Of a stretch of 64,000 bases of DNA, positions 25,813 to 35,763 are shown piece by piece. Source of the stretch: a bacterium. GTDB lineage: Bacteria > Patescibacteriota > Dojkabacteria > JAKAPS01 > JAJZLI01. Made by a program: the position numbers and the translations under genes. The first letter of the stretch is position 1; each line of letters begins with the position of its first letter. Under the pieces are notes generated by a model. That model was given only the letters and a program-made list of their open reading frames with translations, made no database searches and was not told where the DNA came from. The stretch lies in the NCBI GenBank assembly GCA_021816845.1, contig JAKAWT010000001.1, positions 262,087 to 326,086 of the forward strand. Direction: 5' to 3'.

Positions 25813-26106
25813 TCAATTTCTGAGTGTGTTTATCATATCCTCAAACTGCTCTTTTGTTATTTCTCCACGTGCCAGCCTTAATTTTAATATATTCACTGGT
25901 GAATCTTTTATATCATTTGGGGTATCTTGATTTCTATCCCTTGGCATAATCAAGGCTAATACTAAATAAACAATAATAGTAATACCCATAAACAAAAACC
26001 CTATGAGAAATATAAGTCTTAAAATCATGACATCAACACCATAATATTCTGATAAACCAGAACATACACCGAAAATTATTTTATTATTTAAGTCTCTTGC
26101 GGGCAT
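25813..26106 (-). CDS. Small membrane protein with a C-terminal SHOCT domain
   Basis: TM helix plus …LKLRLARGEITKEQFEDMINTLRN. Confidence 0.55.
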   Translation of the reverse strand: MPARDLNNKIIFGVCSGLSEYYGVDVMILRLIFLIGFLFMGITIIVYLVLALIMPRDRNQDTPNDIKDSPVNILKLRLARGEITKEQFEDMINTLRN

Positions 26107-26109
26107 TCT

Positions 26110-26373
26110 CTATTTCTCTAATATCTTTGAAATCTCTAAGTATTCTTCTTTTGTTATTTCCCCCCGAGCTAGCCTTGTTTTTAATATAGATTTGGGATCC
26201 TCAATACCAGTACCAAACATATCATGTAAATGCTTCCCTGATCTATGACTTATCCCTATATGCCTTAAAAACATTATTATAAAAATAACAAATATAATCC
26301 ATCCGAAGACTATAAAAATCCCTATCAGTGGACCCATAAAATTATATCCATAATTATTGTAATACATATTCAT
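26110..26373 (-). CDS. Small membrane protein with a C-terminal SHOCT domain (tandem paralog)
   Basis: TM helix plus …LKTRLARGEITKEEYLEISKILEK. Confidence 0.55.
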   Translation of the reverse strand: MNMYYNNYGYNFMGPLIGIFIVFGWIIFVIFIIMFLRHIGISHRSGKHLHDMFGTGIEDPKSILKTRLARGEITKEEYLEISKILEK

Positions 26374-26463
26374 ATACTATACCTTCAAAAGTATTTTTTC
26401 AATCATAAAATTACAATATTTTATACAATTTTAAATTTATAAAAAATACTGTAATATGTATTT

Positions 26464-28068
26464 ATGGAAAACCTGCTCAGAGAAATTTTAAAACGTAGAA
26501 AGGTTGTTGGAGTTGATATATCCCCAGGTTCTGTAAAAGTTGTCGAATTTGAAAAAAAGAAAGATTTCTATTCTCTAATATCAATAGGTGAAAGTGACCT
26601 TCCTGCAACAGCTTTTGTAGCTGGTGTTATTAGACAAAAAGATGTAGTTGCAAACAAACTAAAAGAGGCTCTATTAGTAAAAAATCCAAAAAGAATCAAA
26701 ACTAGGTTTGCTGTTGTTACTCTGCCGGATGATCAAATATATACACAAATAATAAACCTCCCTAAGGTAGATAGAAAAAAAATTAAAGGTGCTCTATCTC
26801 TACAACTATCATCTTTTGTCCCAATGAAAGAAGAAGATATCTATTGGACATTTGATATCCTGTCTGAGGATGATAAAAATTATGAAATAGTAATAACTGC
26901 AGTGACTAAAGAAACTACTGATTCTATAACTGAAACGTTGGGACTTATAGGGCTTACCCCATTAATGTACGAAAGTAGGTCAAGATCAGCATTAAGAGCA
27001 ATAACTGGATCCCAGATAGAAAAAGATTCAGAATTCCTTCTCATTGATATTGGTACAAGTGTAACAAGTATTTCGATCACAAAAAAAGACACTATACAAT
27101 TTTCTTCATCTTTCTATTTTGGTATGAATCAGATTATAAAGGTAATAGGAGAATACAAAAAATTCAATGATGATCAGGTAAAAGAATTTCTCTTAAAGGA
27201 TGGAACAGAACAAAAAGATCCAGAATTACAAATCCATATAGATGCTTTATTTGAAACTCTTGATACTGAATTTAAAAAAGCTATAAATTTTTATGGAGAA
27301 GATAAAATCTCAAAAGTATATATTTATGGTGAAGCAGCAAGTCTGCAAGGGATTTTAGAGCATATACAAAAAAATACAAAGATAAAGGTTGAACAGGCTA
27401 CTATAGATATAAAAGTATATCCTGTACTACAGTGGGAGAAGCATGAAAAAATATCACCATATATCCCAATCATTGGGGTAGAACTTGCAAATAAAATAAA
27501 AAATATTGCTTATATAAACTTAATTCCTAAAGATCAAAGCTCAAAAGCAATAAGACAATATTTTATACAATACACAATAAACGCTCTAAAAATATTACTG
27601 TTCAACTTCTTCCTCCTTTCTTTGCTTTTTCTAGTACTAAATTACTATAATATGCAAACGATAAATTCTGAAAAAGCCCAAATTGCACAATATACTAGTT
27701 ATACTAATAACCCAAAATATCAGGGGGTTGCAAATAATATTAACAACTTAAATTCTACGCTAGCAACAATATCAAAAGTATATCAATCCCAAAATATTTG
27801 GTCCCCTACACTAATAAAATTGGCATCAATTGTACCAACTGGAATGATTATATCTAATATAAAACTAGATAACGCTAGTAAAACCTCCACCCCACAATGG
27901 CAAATAACGATGTCTGGAATTGCATTAAATAGAAAACAAATAATATTATTATCTTCAAATATACAAGCTATGACACCTTTGTTTTCAAATATACAAATGC
28001 CTATATCTAATTTCCAAGAAAGCGTGAATGTTCCTTTCTCTATAGTATTTAATGTGTCTCCATCATGA
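26464..28068 (+). CDS. pilM: PilM-PilN fusion (actin-like ATPase domain plus TM/periplasmic PilN-like region)
   Basis: N-terminal VVGVDISPGSVKVVEFE PilM signature. The C-terminal third has a TM helix (ILLFNFFLLSLLFLVLNYY) and a PilN-like tail, 534 aa in total. Confidence 0.7.
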   Translation: MENLLREILKRRKVVGVDISPGSVKVVEFEKKKDFYSLISIGESDLPATAFVAGVIRQKDVVANKLKEALLVKNPKRIKTRFAVVTLPDDQIYTQIINLPKVDRKKIKGALSLQLSSFVPMKEEDIYWTFDILSEDDKNYEIVITAVTKETTDSITETLGLIGLTPLMYESRSRSALRAITGSQIEKDSEFLLIDIGTSVTSISITKKDTIQFSSSFYFGMNQIIKVIGEYKKFNDDQVKEFLLKDGTEQKDPELQIHIDALFETLDTEFKKAINFYGEDKISKVYIYGEAASLQGILEHIQKNTKIKVEQATIDIKVYPVLQWEKHEKISPYIPIIGVELANKIKNIAYINLIPKDQSSKAIRQYFIQYTINALKILLFNFFLLSLLFLVLNYYNMQTINSEKAQIAQYTSYTNNPKYQGVANNINNLNSTLATISKVYQSQNIWSPTLIKLASIVPTGMIISNIKLDNASKTSTPQWQITMSGIALNRKQIILLSSNIQAMTPLFSNIQMPISNFQESVNVPFSIVFNVSPS

Positions 28069-28625
28069 AAAATATAAACATACTACAATATAAAAAATAC
28101 TTATTCTATCTACTCATAACAGCAGGGGTATTATACTTTTTTCATTTCTCTTATAATCTTTACTCATCTTCTAATACGAAAAAGACTACACTACAAAATC
28201 AAGTTTCAATACTACAAAATAAGAATACACAAGATTTATTAATGCTCAAGAATGAAAATAAATATAAACAGAAAATACAGTATTTGTATGGAACACTTCC
28301 TTCTAATAAAACTATATTAACATGGGCACAACAGGAGGACACTATGGCTGCACTTTCAGGGTTAAAAAATCAACTTGTTTTTCAATCTGCAATTATTTCA
28401 AAATCTGGAATATCAGTATCAGGCGGAATCGCACCTGTAACAACTGGGCCTCAACCCCTTACTGTAAATATAAATCTGCAAGGACCTTTTCCAAATGTAA
28501 TAGAGTTTATGAGCCTACTTGAAAACTCTTATTTCTATACTGACATTACAACATTTAACATTGTCGAACAGCCTTCTACTAATATAATCAATACATCTAT
28601 AACATTAGTTTTGTATACCCAATGA
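28065..28625 (+). CDS. PilO-like bitopic pilus alignment protein
   Basis: Single N-terminal TM, a coiled-coil-like segment, and a periplasmic domain, directly after pilMN. Confidence 0.4.
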   Translation: MKNINILQYKKYLFYLLITAGVLYFFHFSYNLYSSSNTKKTTLQNQVSILQNKNTQDLLMLKNENKYKQKIQYLYGTLPSNKTILTWAQQEDTMAALSGLKNQLVFQSAIISKSGISVSGGIAPVTTGPQPLTVNINLQGPFPNVIEFMSLLENSYFYTDITTFNIVEQPSTNIINTSITLVLYTQ

Positions 28626-28888
28626 AAACAAAAAAAACTGTAAATTTAAACAATCATACTATAACAATAATAAAAATAGTAACCTTTGTAGTTATTGTTA
28701 TAATAAATCTTATTATACTATCACCAGTGTATAACAACTCTAATAACACTACATTTACTATACCTACTTCACCTACAGTAAATACAGAATCTTTTATAAA
28801 ACTTGATAACATAATAAAAAATAAAAAGTTCTATTCCAGTCAATACTCCGTAGTGCTGCCTTCCCTCCCTAATATTTTTGGACCATAA
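28622..28888 (+). CDS. Small membrane protein (possibly PilP-like)
   Basis: 88 aa with one TM helix, translationally coupled to the upstream gene. Confidence 0.3.
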   Translation: MKTKKTVNLNNHTITIIKIVTFVVIVIINLIILSPVYNNSNNTTFTIPTSPTVNTESFIKLDNIIKNKKFYSSQYSVVLPSLPNIFGP

Positions 28889-28890
28889 TT

Positions 28891-29643
28891 ATGGCTTTAA
28901 AAAGTAAGGCCTTAAATTCTAAGATACAATCTAAATTGTTAGGTCAAAATTTCCTGAAGGATAAGAACGCTGCGCTAACACTTTTATCAGATATCAACAA
29001 CCAAGACAATGTAATAGAGGTTGGTCCAGGATTGGGATTTATCACTTCATACCTTATATTAAAAACAAAAAATATAACCCTTATAGAAATAGATTCATCA
29101 TTAGTTAATATATTAAGAGAAAAGTTTAAAGATAAAAATATCAATATTATAAATCAAGACATATTAGCATTAGATCTAGAAGATTTATTTAAAAACAAAG
29201 TTATAAGTTATAAAGTTGTAGGTGCACTACCCTATTACATATCAAAAGATATAATATCTTTGTTTTTAAAAGGGAAAATAAGACCATTATCAATATCTGT
29301 TATTATTCAGAAAGAAGTTGCCTTAAAATATACTACTCCAGGAAATCTTCTTTACAATACACTAAGAGTATATGCTGATGTAATAGAATTTAGAGGCCTA
29401 ATAACAAAAGATAAATTTACCCCTATCCCTAAAGTTGACTCTGGTATAGTATATATATCTGGGATACATCAAAGGAAGATTTTGGAAGAAACTGAATTTG
29501 AAAATTTCCTTAAAAGAGGCTTTTTGAATCCACCAAAAATGCTTAAATCTTCAATCCCAGATATTGGGGAAAAATACTCTAAGTACAGGGCTCATCAATT
29601 ATCCTTTGAAGAATGGCGACAATTGTTTATTAAGAGAAACTGA
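28891..29643 (+). CDS. rsmA: 16S rRNA (adenine1518/1519-N6)-dimethyltransferase
   Basis: GQNFL motif (LLGQNFLKD) and an SAM-binding VIEVGPGLG segment. Confidence 0.85.
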   Translation: MALKSKALNSKIQSKLLGQNFLKDKNAALTLLSDINNQDNVIEVGPGLGFITSYLILKTKNITLIEIDSSLVNILREKFKDKNINIINQDILALDLEDLFKNKVISYKVVGALPYYISKDIISLFLKGKIRPLSISVIIQKEVALKYTTPGNLLYNTLRVYADVIEFRGLITKDKFTPIPKVDSGIVYISGIHQRKILEETEFENFLKRGFLNPPKMLKSSIPDIGEKYSKYRAHQLSFEEWRQLFIKRN

Positions 29644-29688
29644 TTAGATGTGGAAGATCTTTTGGATATTTACCCTTGAATATTGATT

Positions 29689-30570
29689 CTAGGATTTTTT
29701 CTGACCCATTGTCATGATTTTTGACTGAAAGAAGATAAAGAATGCTTGAACCATCCAGTACAAGGATAGTGCGGATGGTATGTTTCCAAGGATACCTAAG
29801 GATATAATGGCTGTAAAGACAGGCATTATATAAAGCATTTGCTTAGTCATTATATTCCCCATATCAGAAGGATCCATAGATAGAGCAGATTTTTTAGCTT
29901 CCTTTCCCTTAGCATCTTTTGCCTCTTTAATTTCTAAAGATGTAATTTCTTCTTCTATTTTATTTTCAGTAACAGGGAGTGAAACCTTTGTAGATAGATA
30001 TTGAGAATATCCAACTAAAAGTGCAAGAATGATGTATGGAACTATTTGTATATTTGAGATTGAAAAATCTGCGGCAGCTTTTCCAACATTTATTACAAAA
30101 AAACTTAAATTATAGTGATAATTAGAAGGGTAGTGTAAAAACGGAAAATACATTAACTTATTTATATATGAAGCATTATTATGACTCATAATAATGATAG
30201 CTTCATAAACCCCTATTAAGAATGGAAATTGCACTACTACAGAAAGACAGCTTCCAGCAGGGTTAACTCCTTCTTCCTTAAATATCTTCATCTGTTCCTC
30301 TCTAAGCTTCAAAACATCATTTTTATATTTTTTCTGTATTTCTTTAATCCTAGGTTGAATTTTTGCCATATTCTTGGCAGATTGTATTTGTGCTTTTAAA
30401 AGTGGCCATAAAAGTAATCTTAATATTATAGTAAGAAGTATCACTGCAATACCAAAATTACTCCCAGAAATTTTATATAATCCAACCAATATATTTAAAA
30501 TAGGGTGGAAAAAAATAATATTCCAAAAGGAAACAATACTACTCCAAATTGTTACAAAAAATGATCCCAT
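29689..30570 (-). CDS. yidC: Membrane protein insertase YidC (short form)
   Basis: 293 aa, polytopic, downstream of rnpA in the conserved rpmH-rnpA-yidC arrangement. Confidence 0.8.
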   Translation of the reverse strand: MGSFFVTIWSSIVSFWNIIFFHPILNILVGLYKISGSNFGIAVILLTIILRLLLWPLLKAQIQSAKNMAKIQPRIKEIQKKYKNDVLKLREEQMKIFKEEGVNPAGSCLSVVVQFPFLIGVYEAIIIMSHNNASYINKLMYFPFLHYPSNYHYNLSFFVINVGKAAADFSISNIQIVPYIILALLVGYSQYLSTKVSLPVTENKIEEEITSLEIKEAKDAKGKEAKKSALSMDPSDMGNIMTKQMLYIMPVFTAIISLGILGNIPSALSLYWMVQAFFIFFQSKIMTMGQKKS

Positions 30571-30950
30571 TATGTTTTATCTATTCGTGTAAATGCATCT
30601 TTTATGCTGTTTTTTATATCCATATATTTTATACCTTCCCACCCAGGTTGTTCCAAGTTAGTTTGCTCCTGATTAGTTATATTATGATTAATAAGAAAAA
30701 TAAGGTCATATCCCATATTTTTAAAATTATCATCTTCTACTAGTTTTTCCATTACAATTGCTCTAAACATTCTCTTTACCCTATTCCTCAGATGAGCTTT
30801 CCCTAATTTTTTTCTTATAACGAAACCGATCCTAGGATATCCTTTTCCATTTTCTTTGTAAAAAAGTAGAAACATAGGACACACAACTTTTTTTTTGTCT
30901 TTATAGATCCCTAAGAATCCTTTTCTAAGTCTATTCTTTGAAGGTAGCAT
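30570..30950 (-). CDS. rnpA: RNase P protein component
   Basis: 126 aa, basic, with the RNR motif region (…HLRNRVKRMFRAIV…). Conserved synteny. Confidence 0.8.
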   Translation of the reverse strand: MLPSKNRLRKGFLGIYKDKKKVVCPMFLLFYKENGKGYPRIGFVIRKKLGKAHLRNRVKRMFRAIVMEKLVEDDNFKNMGYDLIFLINHNITNQEQTNLEQPGWEGIKYMDIKNSIKDAFTRIDKT

Positions 30951-30957
30951 ATCTCTC

Positions 30958-31140
30958 TTACCTTATACTATTTCTAGGTTTTTTCCCAATCTTTCTAAAT
31001 ACATCAGAGATTGAAAGTTCTTTTCTCCCTTTTAACTTCCTTCGTTTTATAACATTCCTTCCTCCATGAGTGGACATTCTTGCCATAAATCCAAATTTCC
31101 TTAGAGTTTTAAGTTTTTTTGGCTGGTATGTTCTTTTCAT
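30958..31140 (-). CDS. rpmH: 50S ribosomal protein L34 with a C-terminal extension
   Basis: [40 protein letters not shown] matches the L34 consensus, with about 15 extra C-terminal residues. Confidence 0.85.
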   Translation of the reverse strand: MKRTYQPKKLKTLRKFGFMARMSTHGGRNVIKRRKLKGRKELSISDVFRKIGKKPRNSIR

Positions 31141-31273
31141 AATATTTTATATAACTTGTAAATTATACAGTATTAATAGATTATCAGCAAATTTACCAAT
31201 CTTAAAGCTTTTATATGTAATATTCATTAGTTCATATTTTCACTAAAGTATTATTTTAGTATATAATAAAATT

Positions 31274-31705
31274 ATGATTTATCTATCATCAGACCACGCA
31301 GGGTTTCATTTAAAATTAAAGATTGTATCATTTCTTAATTTAGAGAAAATTCCATACTTTGACCTTGGACCTTTTGAATTTATAAAGCAAGATGATTATC
31401 CATTGTATGCACAATCTCTTGCAGAAAAAATGAAAGATGAGAAAAACAGTATGGGAATACTAGTATGTAGATCTGGAGAGGGGATGGAAATTGCAGCAAA
31501 TAGATTCAAGTGGATAAGAGCAGCTTTATGTAATAATAAAACTTTTGCAAAACTATCCAGAGAAGAAGATGATGCAAATGTTCTTGTATTGTCAGCAATG
31601 ATGTTCGAAGATGGTGAAGAATATAAAGATATTATAAAAACATTCATAAATACAAAATTCAAAAATATTAAAAGGTATAGAAGAAGAGTGGAGGAAATGA
31701 GTTAA
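31274..31705 (+). CDS. rpiB: Ribose-5-phosphate isomerase B
   Basis: 143 aa, RpiB/LacAB family, with …GILVCRSGEGMEIAANR…. Confidence 0.8.
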   Translation: MIYLSSDHAGFHLKLKIVSFLNLEKIPYFDLGPFEFIKQDDYPLYAQSLAEKMKDEKNSMGILVCRSGEGMEIAANRFKWIRAALCNNKTFAKLSREEDDANVLVLSAMMFEDGEEYKDIIKTFINTKFKNIKRYRRRVEEMS

Positions 31706-31706
31706 T

Positions 31707-32318
31707 ATGGTTATTCCTGCAATATTAACAACAAAAAAATCAGAACTTTTAGAAGAAATATCTATTGTTAGGGATATATCAAAAACTGTTCATATAGATA
31801 TTATGGATGGAACTCTGACAAAGGAAAAAACTTTGTCAATAAAGAAAATTCCTAATATTAAAACTGTTAATATAGAACTTCACTTAATGGTAAATACTCC
31901 ATCTTTATATATGGATGATATAGTTAGATTAAAACCACAAACAATCATTATCCACGTAGAAATACCAGACTTTGAGAATGAAGTTATAAAACTAAAAGGC
32001 GATTGGAAGATCCTAGCAGGCATAGATTTAAAAACTAATGTTTATAATCAACAAAAATATACTTCCATTGTTGATGGCTTCCTAATAATGGCTGTCGAAA
32101 TTGGTCGTTCTGGTCAATTATTTGATAAAGATGCACTAGATAAAGTCACTTTTCTCAGAAAAGAACTAGCAAAAACTATAGCAATAGATGGAGGAGTAAA
32201 TAGTAATAACATAAAAATGATAATGGATAGTGGGGTTTCGTATGCTGTATCACATTCATCAATATATAAAACCAAAGATGTCAAGGATGCTATAGCAACA
32301 CTAAATAGTGTTTTATAG
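31707..32318 (+). CDS. rpe: Ribulose-phosphate 3-epimerase-like protein
   Basis: HIDIMDG metal-binding motif and a C-terminal …IAIDGGVN…. 203 aa. Confidence 0.65.
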   Translation: MVIPAILTTKKSELLEEISIVRDISKTVHIDIMDGTLTKEKTLSIKKIPNIKTVNIELHLMVNTPSLYMDDIVRLKPQTIIIHVEIPDFENEVIKLKGDWKILAGIDLKTNVYNQQKYTSIVDGFLIMAVEIGRSGQLFDKDALDKVTFLRKELAKTIAIDGGVNSNNIKMIMDSGVSYAVSHSSIYKTKDVKDAIATLNSVL

Positions 32319-33737
32319 AATCCAATATCTATTATCTTTTTTTATCAGATCTTGAGCTTCTTTTGGACCAGATGAGTTCTGTTTATACATTAAAGGTTTT
32401 TTATCTTTAACTTCTTTTTCAATTTTATCTACAATCCTCCATGAACTTTCAATCTCATCTGTTCTCGTGAAATTCATCTGGTTACCTAAAATACAATCAG
32501 TTAATAATTTCTCATATTCACTTTTCAGTTCTCCGAAATAGTCAGAGTATTTATACTCCATCTGTATATCAGTAATCTGGTAGTCCATACCAGGCACCTT
32601 GCCGGCAAAATTTAATTTTATCCCAAGATCTGGCTGAATTATAAAAGAAAGTATATCTCCATTAAATTGACCCCTAAATAACTCTTTTTTTATATTTTTA
32701 AATACTACAGAGATAATGGTTTTTTTCATATCTAACATTTTTCCAGTTTTTATATATACAGGTATTCCTTTCCAACGCCTACTATTAATATGTAGTTTCA
32801 TTGCAACAAAAGTGTCTCTATTTGATTGGGGGTCAACATTCTGTTCTTCTTTGTAGCCTTCATACTGTCCTTTAATAGTATCTATTATTGAAATTTTAGA
32901 TATTAAAGAATTCTTTTCATATCTAATATGATCTTCATCAAAAACTTTAGGCTTATTCATAGTTAAAATTGCCAGCATTTGTAAAATATGATTTTGGAAA
33001 ACATCTATTATAACCCCTGTTGCATCATAAAAAGCCCCTCTTTGCTCAATACCAATGTCCTCTAAAAGCTGTATTTGAATACTGTCTATGTATTTATTAC
33101 TCCATATATTTTCAAAGATATTATTTGCAAACCTAAAAGAGAATATATTCTGTACAGGCTCTTTACCAAGATAATGATCAATTCTATATATCTGTCTCTC
33201 TTCAAACCCTGCAAGTAAAACTTTATTAAGAGACTCTGCAGATTTTAGATCTGTACCAAAAGGTTTCTCTAATACTATTCTAGAAAATGTGTTGTGCTCT
33301 TCACATTGCTTATTTAAACCTACTGTCTCAAGATTTTTACTGATTATTGCATAGAACGCTGGGGGTACAGCTAAATAGAAAATTTGGGATATGCAATCTG
33401 AATCTGACATTGCTTTAATTTTTTTCATATCTCCAATATTTTGGAAATCAAGATTCAAGTAATGAATTTTTAAGAAAAATTTTGTTAATTCCTCCTCCTT
33501 AATATGATCATGAACTAATGCTGCCTTTATAAAAGGAGTAAGTGTTGCCTCAAAACTTGAATCTGTATAATCCCTCCTTCCTATGGCAAAAATTTCTATA
33601 TCTTTGTCTAATCTCATATTTCTGTAAAGATTAAATAAAGATGGAAAGAGTTTTTTATGTGCAAGATCTCCAGTTGCACCGAAAACAAAAATATGTAAAG
33701 AGTCTTTTTTTGTTTTTATACAGTGATTTTTAACCAT
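32313..33737 (-). CDS. zwf: Glucose-6-phosphate 1-dehydrogenase
   Basis: FVFGATGDLAHKKLFPSL NADP-binding motif and the RIDHYLGKE active-site motif. Confidence 0.9.
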   Translation of the reverse strand: MVKNHCIKTKKDSLHIFVFGATGDLAHKKLFPSLFNLYRNMRLDKDIEIFAIGRRDYTDSSFEATLTPFIKAALVHDHIKEEELTKFFLKIHYLNLDFQNIGDMKKIKAMSDSDCISQIFYLAVPPAFYAIISKNLETVGLNKQCEEHNTFSRIVLEKPFGTDLKSAESLNKVLLAGFEERQIYRIDHYLGKEPVQNIFSFRFANNIFENIWSNKYIDSIQIQLLEDIGIEQRGAFYDATGVIIDVFQNHILQMLAILTMNKPKVFDEDHIRYEKNSLISKISIIDTIKGQYEGYKEEQNVDPQSNRDTFVAMKLHINSRRWKGIPVYIKTGKMLDMKKTIISVVFKNIKKELFRGQFNGDILSFIIQPDLGIKLNFAGKVPGMDYQITDIQMEYKYSDYFGELKSEYEKLLTDCILGNQMNFTRTDEIESSWRIVDKIEKEVKDKKPLMYKQNSSGPKEAQDLIKKDNRYWIL

Positions 33738-35073
33738 TTTTTAATTTTGCAGATAATACTTGTTTTTCCTTCTCAAATCCTGGTTTTGAAAGTAAGGTAT
33801 ACATATATTCTTTCCCTTTCTCTACACCAGGTTGATTAAAAGTATCTATCTCTAGCATATTCCCAAGGTACGCACAGGCAAGTTCAAAAAAGTAAAAAAG
33901 TCCTCCCATAGTCTTTGGGTCAAGACCTTTTGAAGGCATATTGTCAAGTATAATAGTACCATTTGATCTTTGGTTCTCTCGTAGCGACAATGCAGTTGCT
34001 TCTCTCTCTATAGAAATTAATTCCCTAAAACCCTTTCCATTAAGATATTCAAATTCCTTTATTTCTGTTTTTATTTGTGGATTATTATCAAAAATTTCTC
34101 CAAAAATAAAAGTTACAATCAAATCATTTGGGCCTTCATTGTAAAGTTGTATTTGTGAATGTTGATCTGTTGATCCCAAAGATGCTATTGGTGTAATACC
34201 TGTGTTTACAATATTTCCATTTATATCAATTTTCTTTCCTAAACTCTCTGCCCATAACTGCCTATACCAAAAAGCAAAACTCCTGAGTTTCTCAGCATAT
34301 GGCATAACTACACCTATATTTTTACCATACAATTTATAAGATAAAAAATTAAGTTCTGCGAACATCAAAGCGTCATTAGAAAATGGATTAGGACTTGAAC
34401 AATTATTATCAATCTCTCTTGCACCTTCTAGAAATTCTCTTGAATCTAATCCCATAACCTCAGCTGTTAACATACCTATGACAGATAATACTGAGAATCT
34501 ATCTCCTACAGAACTTTCGCCTTCTATGATACTAATACCTTCTTTCTTACCAACTCTATAAAGAGAACTTTGAGGGGAACTTGTTGTTATATATATATTC
34601 TTACTTATATACGAAGGACCAAGGTTTTGTTTTATAAAATCCATAATGTATAAAAACACGGAAATAATTTCTACAGTTTCCCCTGATTTAGAAATAATAT
34701 TAAAAACAGTCTTATCAAGATCTTTTTTAATTTCATCAAAGAAATCAGAAATCTGATCAGGGTCAGTATTAGCCCCAATAAAAGAAATTTCCGTATTACT
34801 TTTTCGTTTTAGTGCCCCAACTATTGCCCTTGAACCTAAATCTGATCCCCCTATTCCCACCACTACATATCTTTTAAAATTTTTCTTTATGTGATCTCCA
34901 AGAGCTTTAATATCTTTGGTTCTAGAACTATTGTTATCTTCATATATTAAGTCTCTGAAAGTTAAATCCTCTTTATTAAAAGAAGAGGATTTAAAATCGA
35001 AAAGATCTTCTTTCTTTATAGCCTTATCCTGAACCGCAGGATAAAGCATATTGGTATAGTTATATTTAATCAT
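33730..35073 (-). CDS. pgi: Glucose-6-phosphate isomerase
   Basis: VVVGIGGSDLGSRAI motif. 447 aa. Confidence 0.8.
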   Translation of the reverse strand: MIKYNYTNMLYPAVQDKAIKKEDLFDFKSSSFNKEDLTFRDLIYEDNNSSRTKDIKALGDHIKKNFKRYVVVGIGGSDLGSRAIVGALKRKSNTEISFIGANTDPDQISDFFDEIKKDLDKTVFNIISKSGETVEIISVFLYIMDFIKQNLGPSYISKNIYITTSSPQSSLYRVGKKEGISIIEGESSVGDRFSVLSVIGMLTAEVMGLDSREFLEGAREIDNNCSSPNPFSNDALMFAELNFLSYKLYGKNIGVVMPYAEKLRSFAFWYRQLWAESLGKKIDINGNIVNTGITPIASLGSTDQHSQIQLYNEGPNDLIVTFIFGEIFDNNPQIKTEIKEFEYLNGKGFRELISIEREATALSLRENQRSNGTIILDNMPSKGLDPKTMGGLFYFFELACAYLGNMLEIDTFNQPGVEKGKEYMYTLLSKPGFEKEKQVLSAKLKNG

Positions 35074-35079
35074 GATTTT

Positions 35080-35745
35080 TTATTTTGTTATAAAGACTTC
35101 TCCAGAATTTTTCCAATCATCCAAAAATTGTTTCAACCCTTTGTCTGTCAATGGATGGTTATACATCTCCATTATAAATTGGTATGGAGAAGTTATAACA
35201 TCAACCCCAATAAGGCAAGCCTGCCTTATATGCTCAACAGATCTTACAGATGCAAAAAGTATTTGTGTCTTAAAGTCATAGTTATCATAAATTTGGACCA
35301 TATCCTCTACAACCCCAACTCCATCTTCTGAGATATCATCTAGCCTACCCACAAAAGGGGATACAAAGTATGCTCCAGCCTTGGCAACAAGTAATGCTTG
35401 CATGGAAGAAAAAACTAAAGTTATATTCACTCTTATACCTTCAGATGACAATGTTTTACATGCTTTTAATCCTTCAGGGGTACAAGGGATTTTTACAACG
35501 ACTCTATCATCTAAAGAAGAAAGAAGCCTTGCTTGAGATAAGATTCCTTCATAATTTGTATCAATAACTTCTAAATTTATGATGCTGTCTTCAGGCATAA
35601 TTTCAAATATCTCCTTTACAAGAGTAGGATATTTTTTTCCAGTTTTTGACGCAAGAGTAGGATTTGTTGTAATCCCATCTATAACTTTTAAATCTACAAG
35701 TTTTTTTATCTCTTCTGTATCTGCACTGTCAATAAAAATTTTCAT
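35080..35745 (-). CDS. tal: Transaldolase (short Tal/FSA family)
   Basis: MKIFIDSADTEEIKK…GITTNPTL signature. 221 aa. Confidence 0.85.
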   Translation of the reverse strand: MKIFIDSADTEEIKKLVDLKVIDGITTNPTLASKTGKKYPTLVKEIFEIMPEDSIINLEVIDTNYEGILSQARLLSSLDDRVVVKIPCTPEGLKACKTLSSEGIRVNITLVFSSMQALLVAKAGAYFVSPFVGRLDDISEDGVGVVEDMVQIYDNYDFKTQILFASVRSVEHIRQACLIGVDVITSPYQFIMEMYNHPLTDKGLKQFLDDWKNSGEVFITK

Positions 35746-35763
35746 AATGTTTTTTTAATAAAA

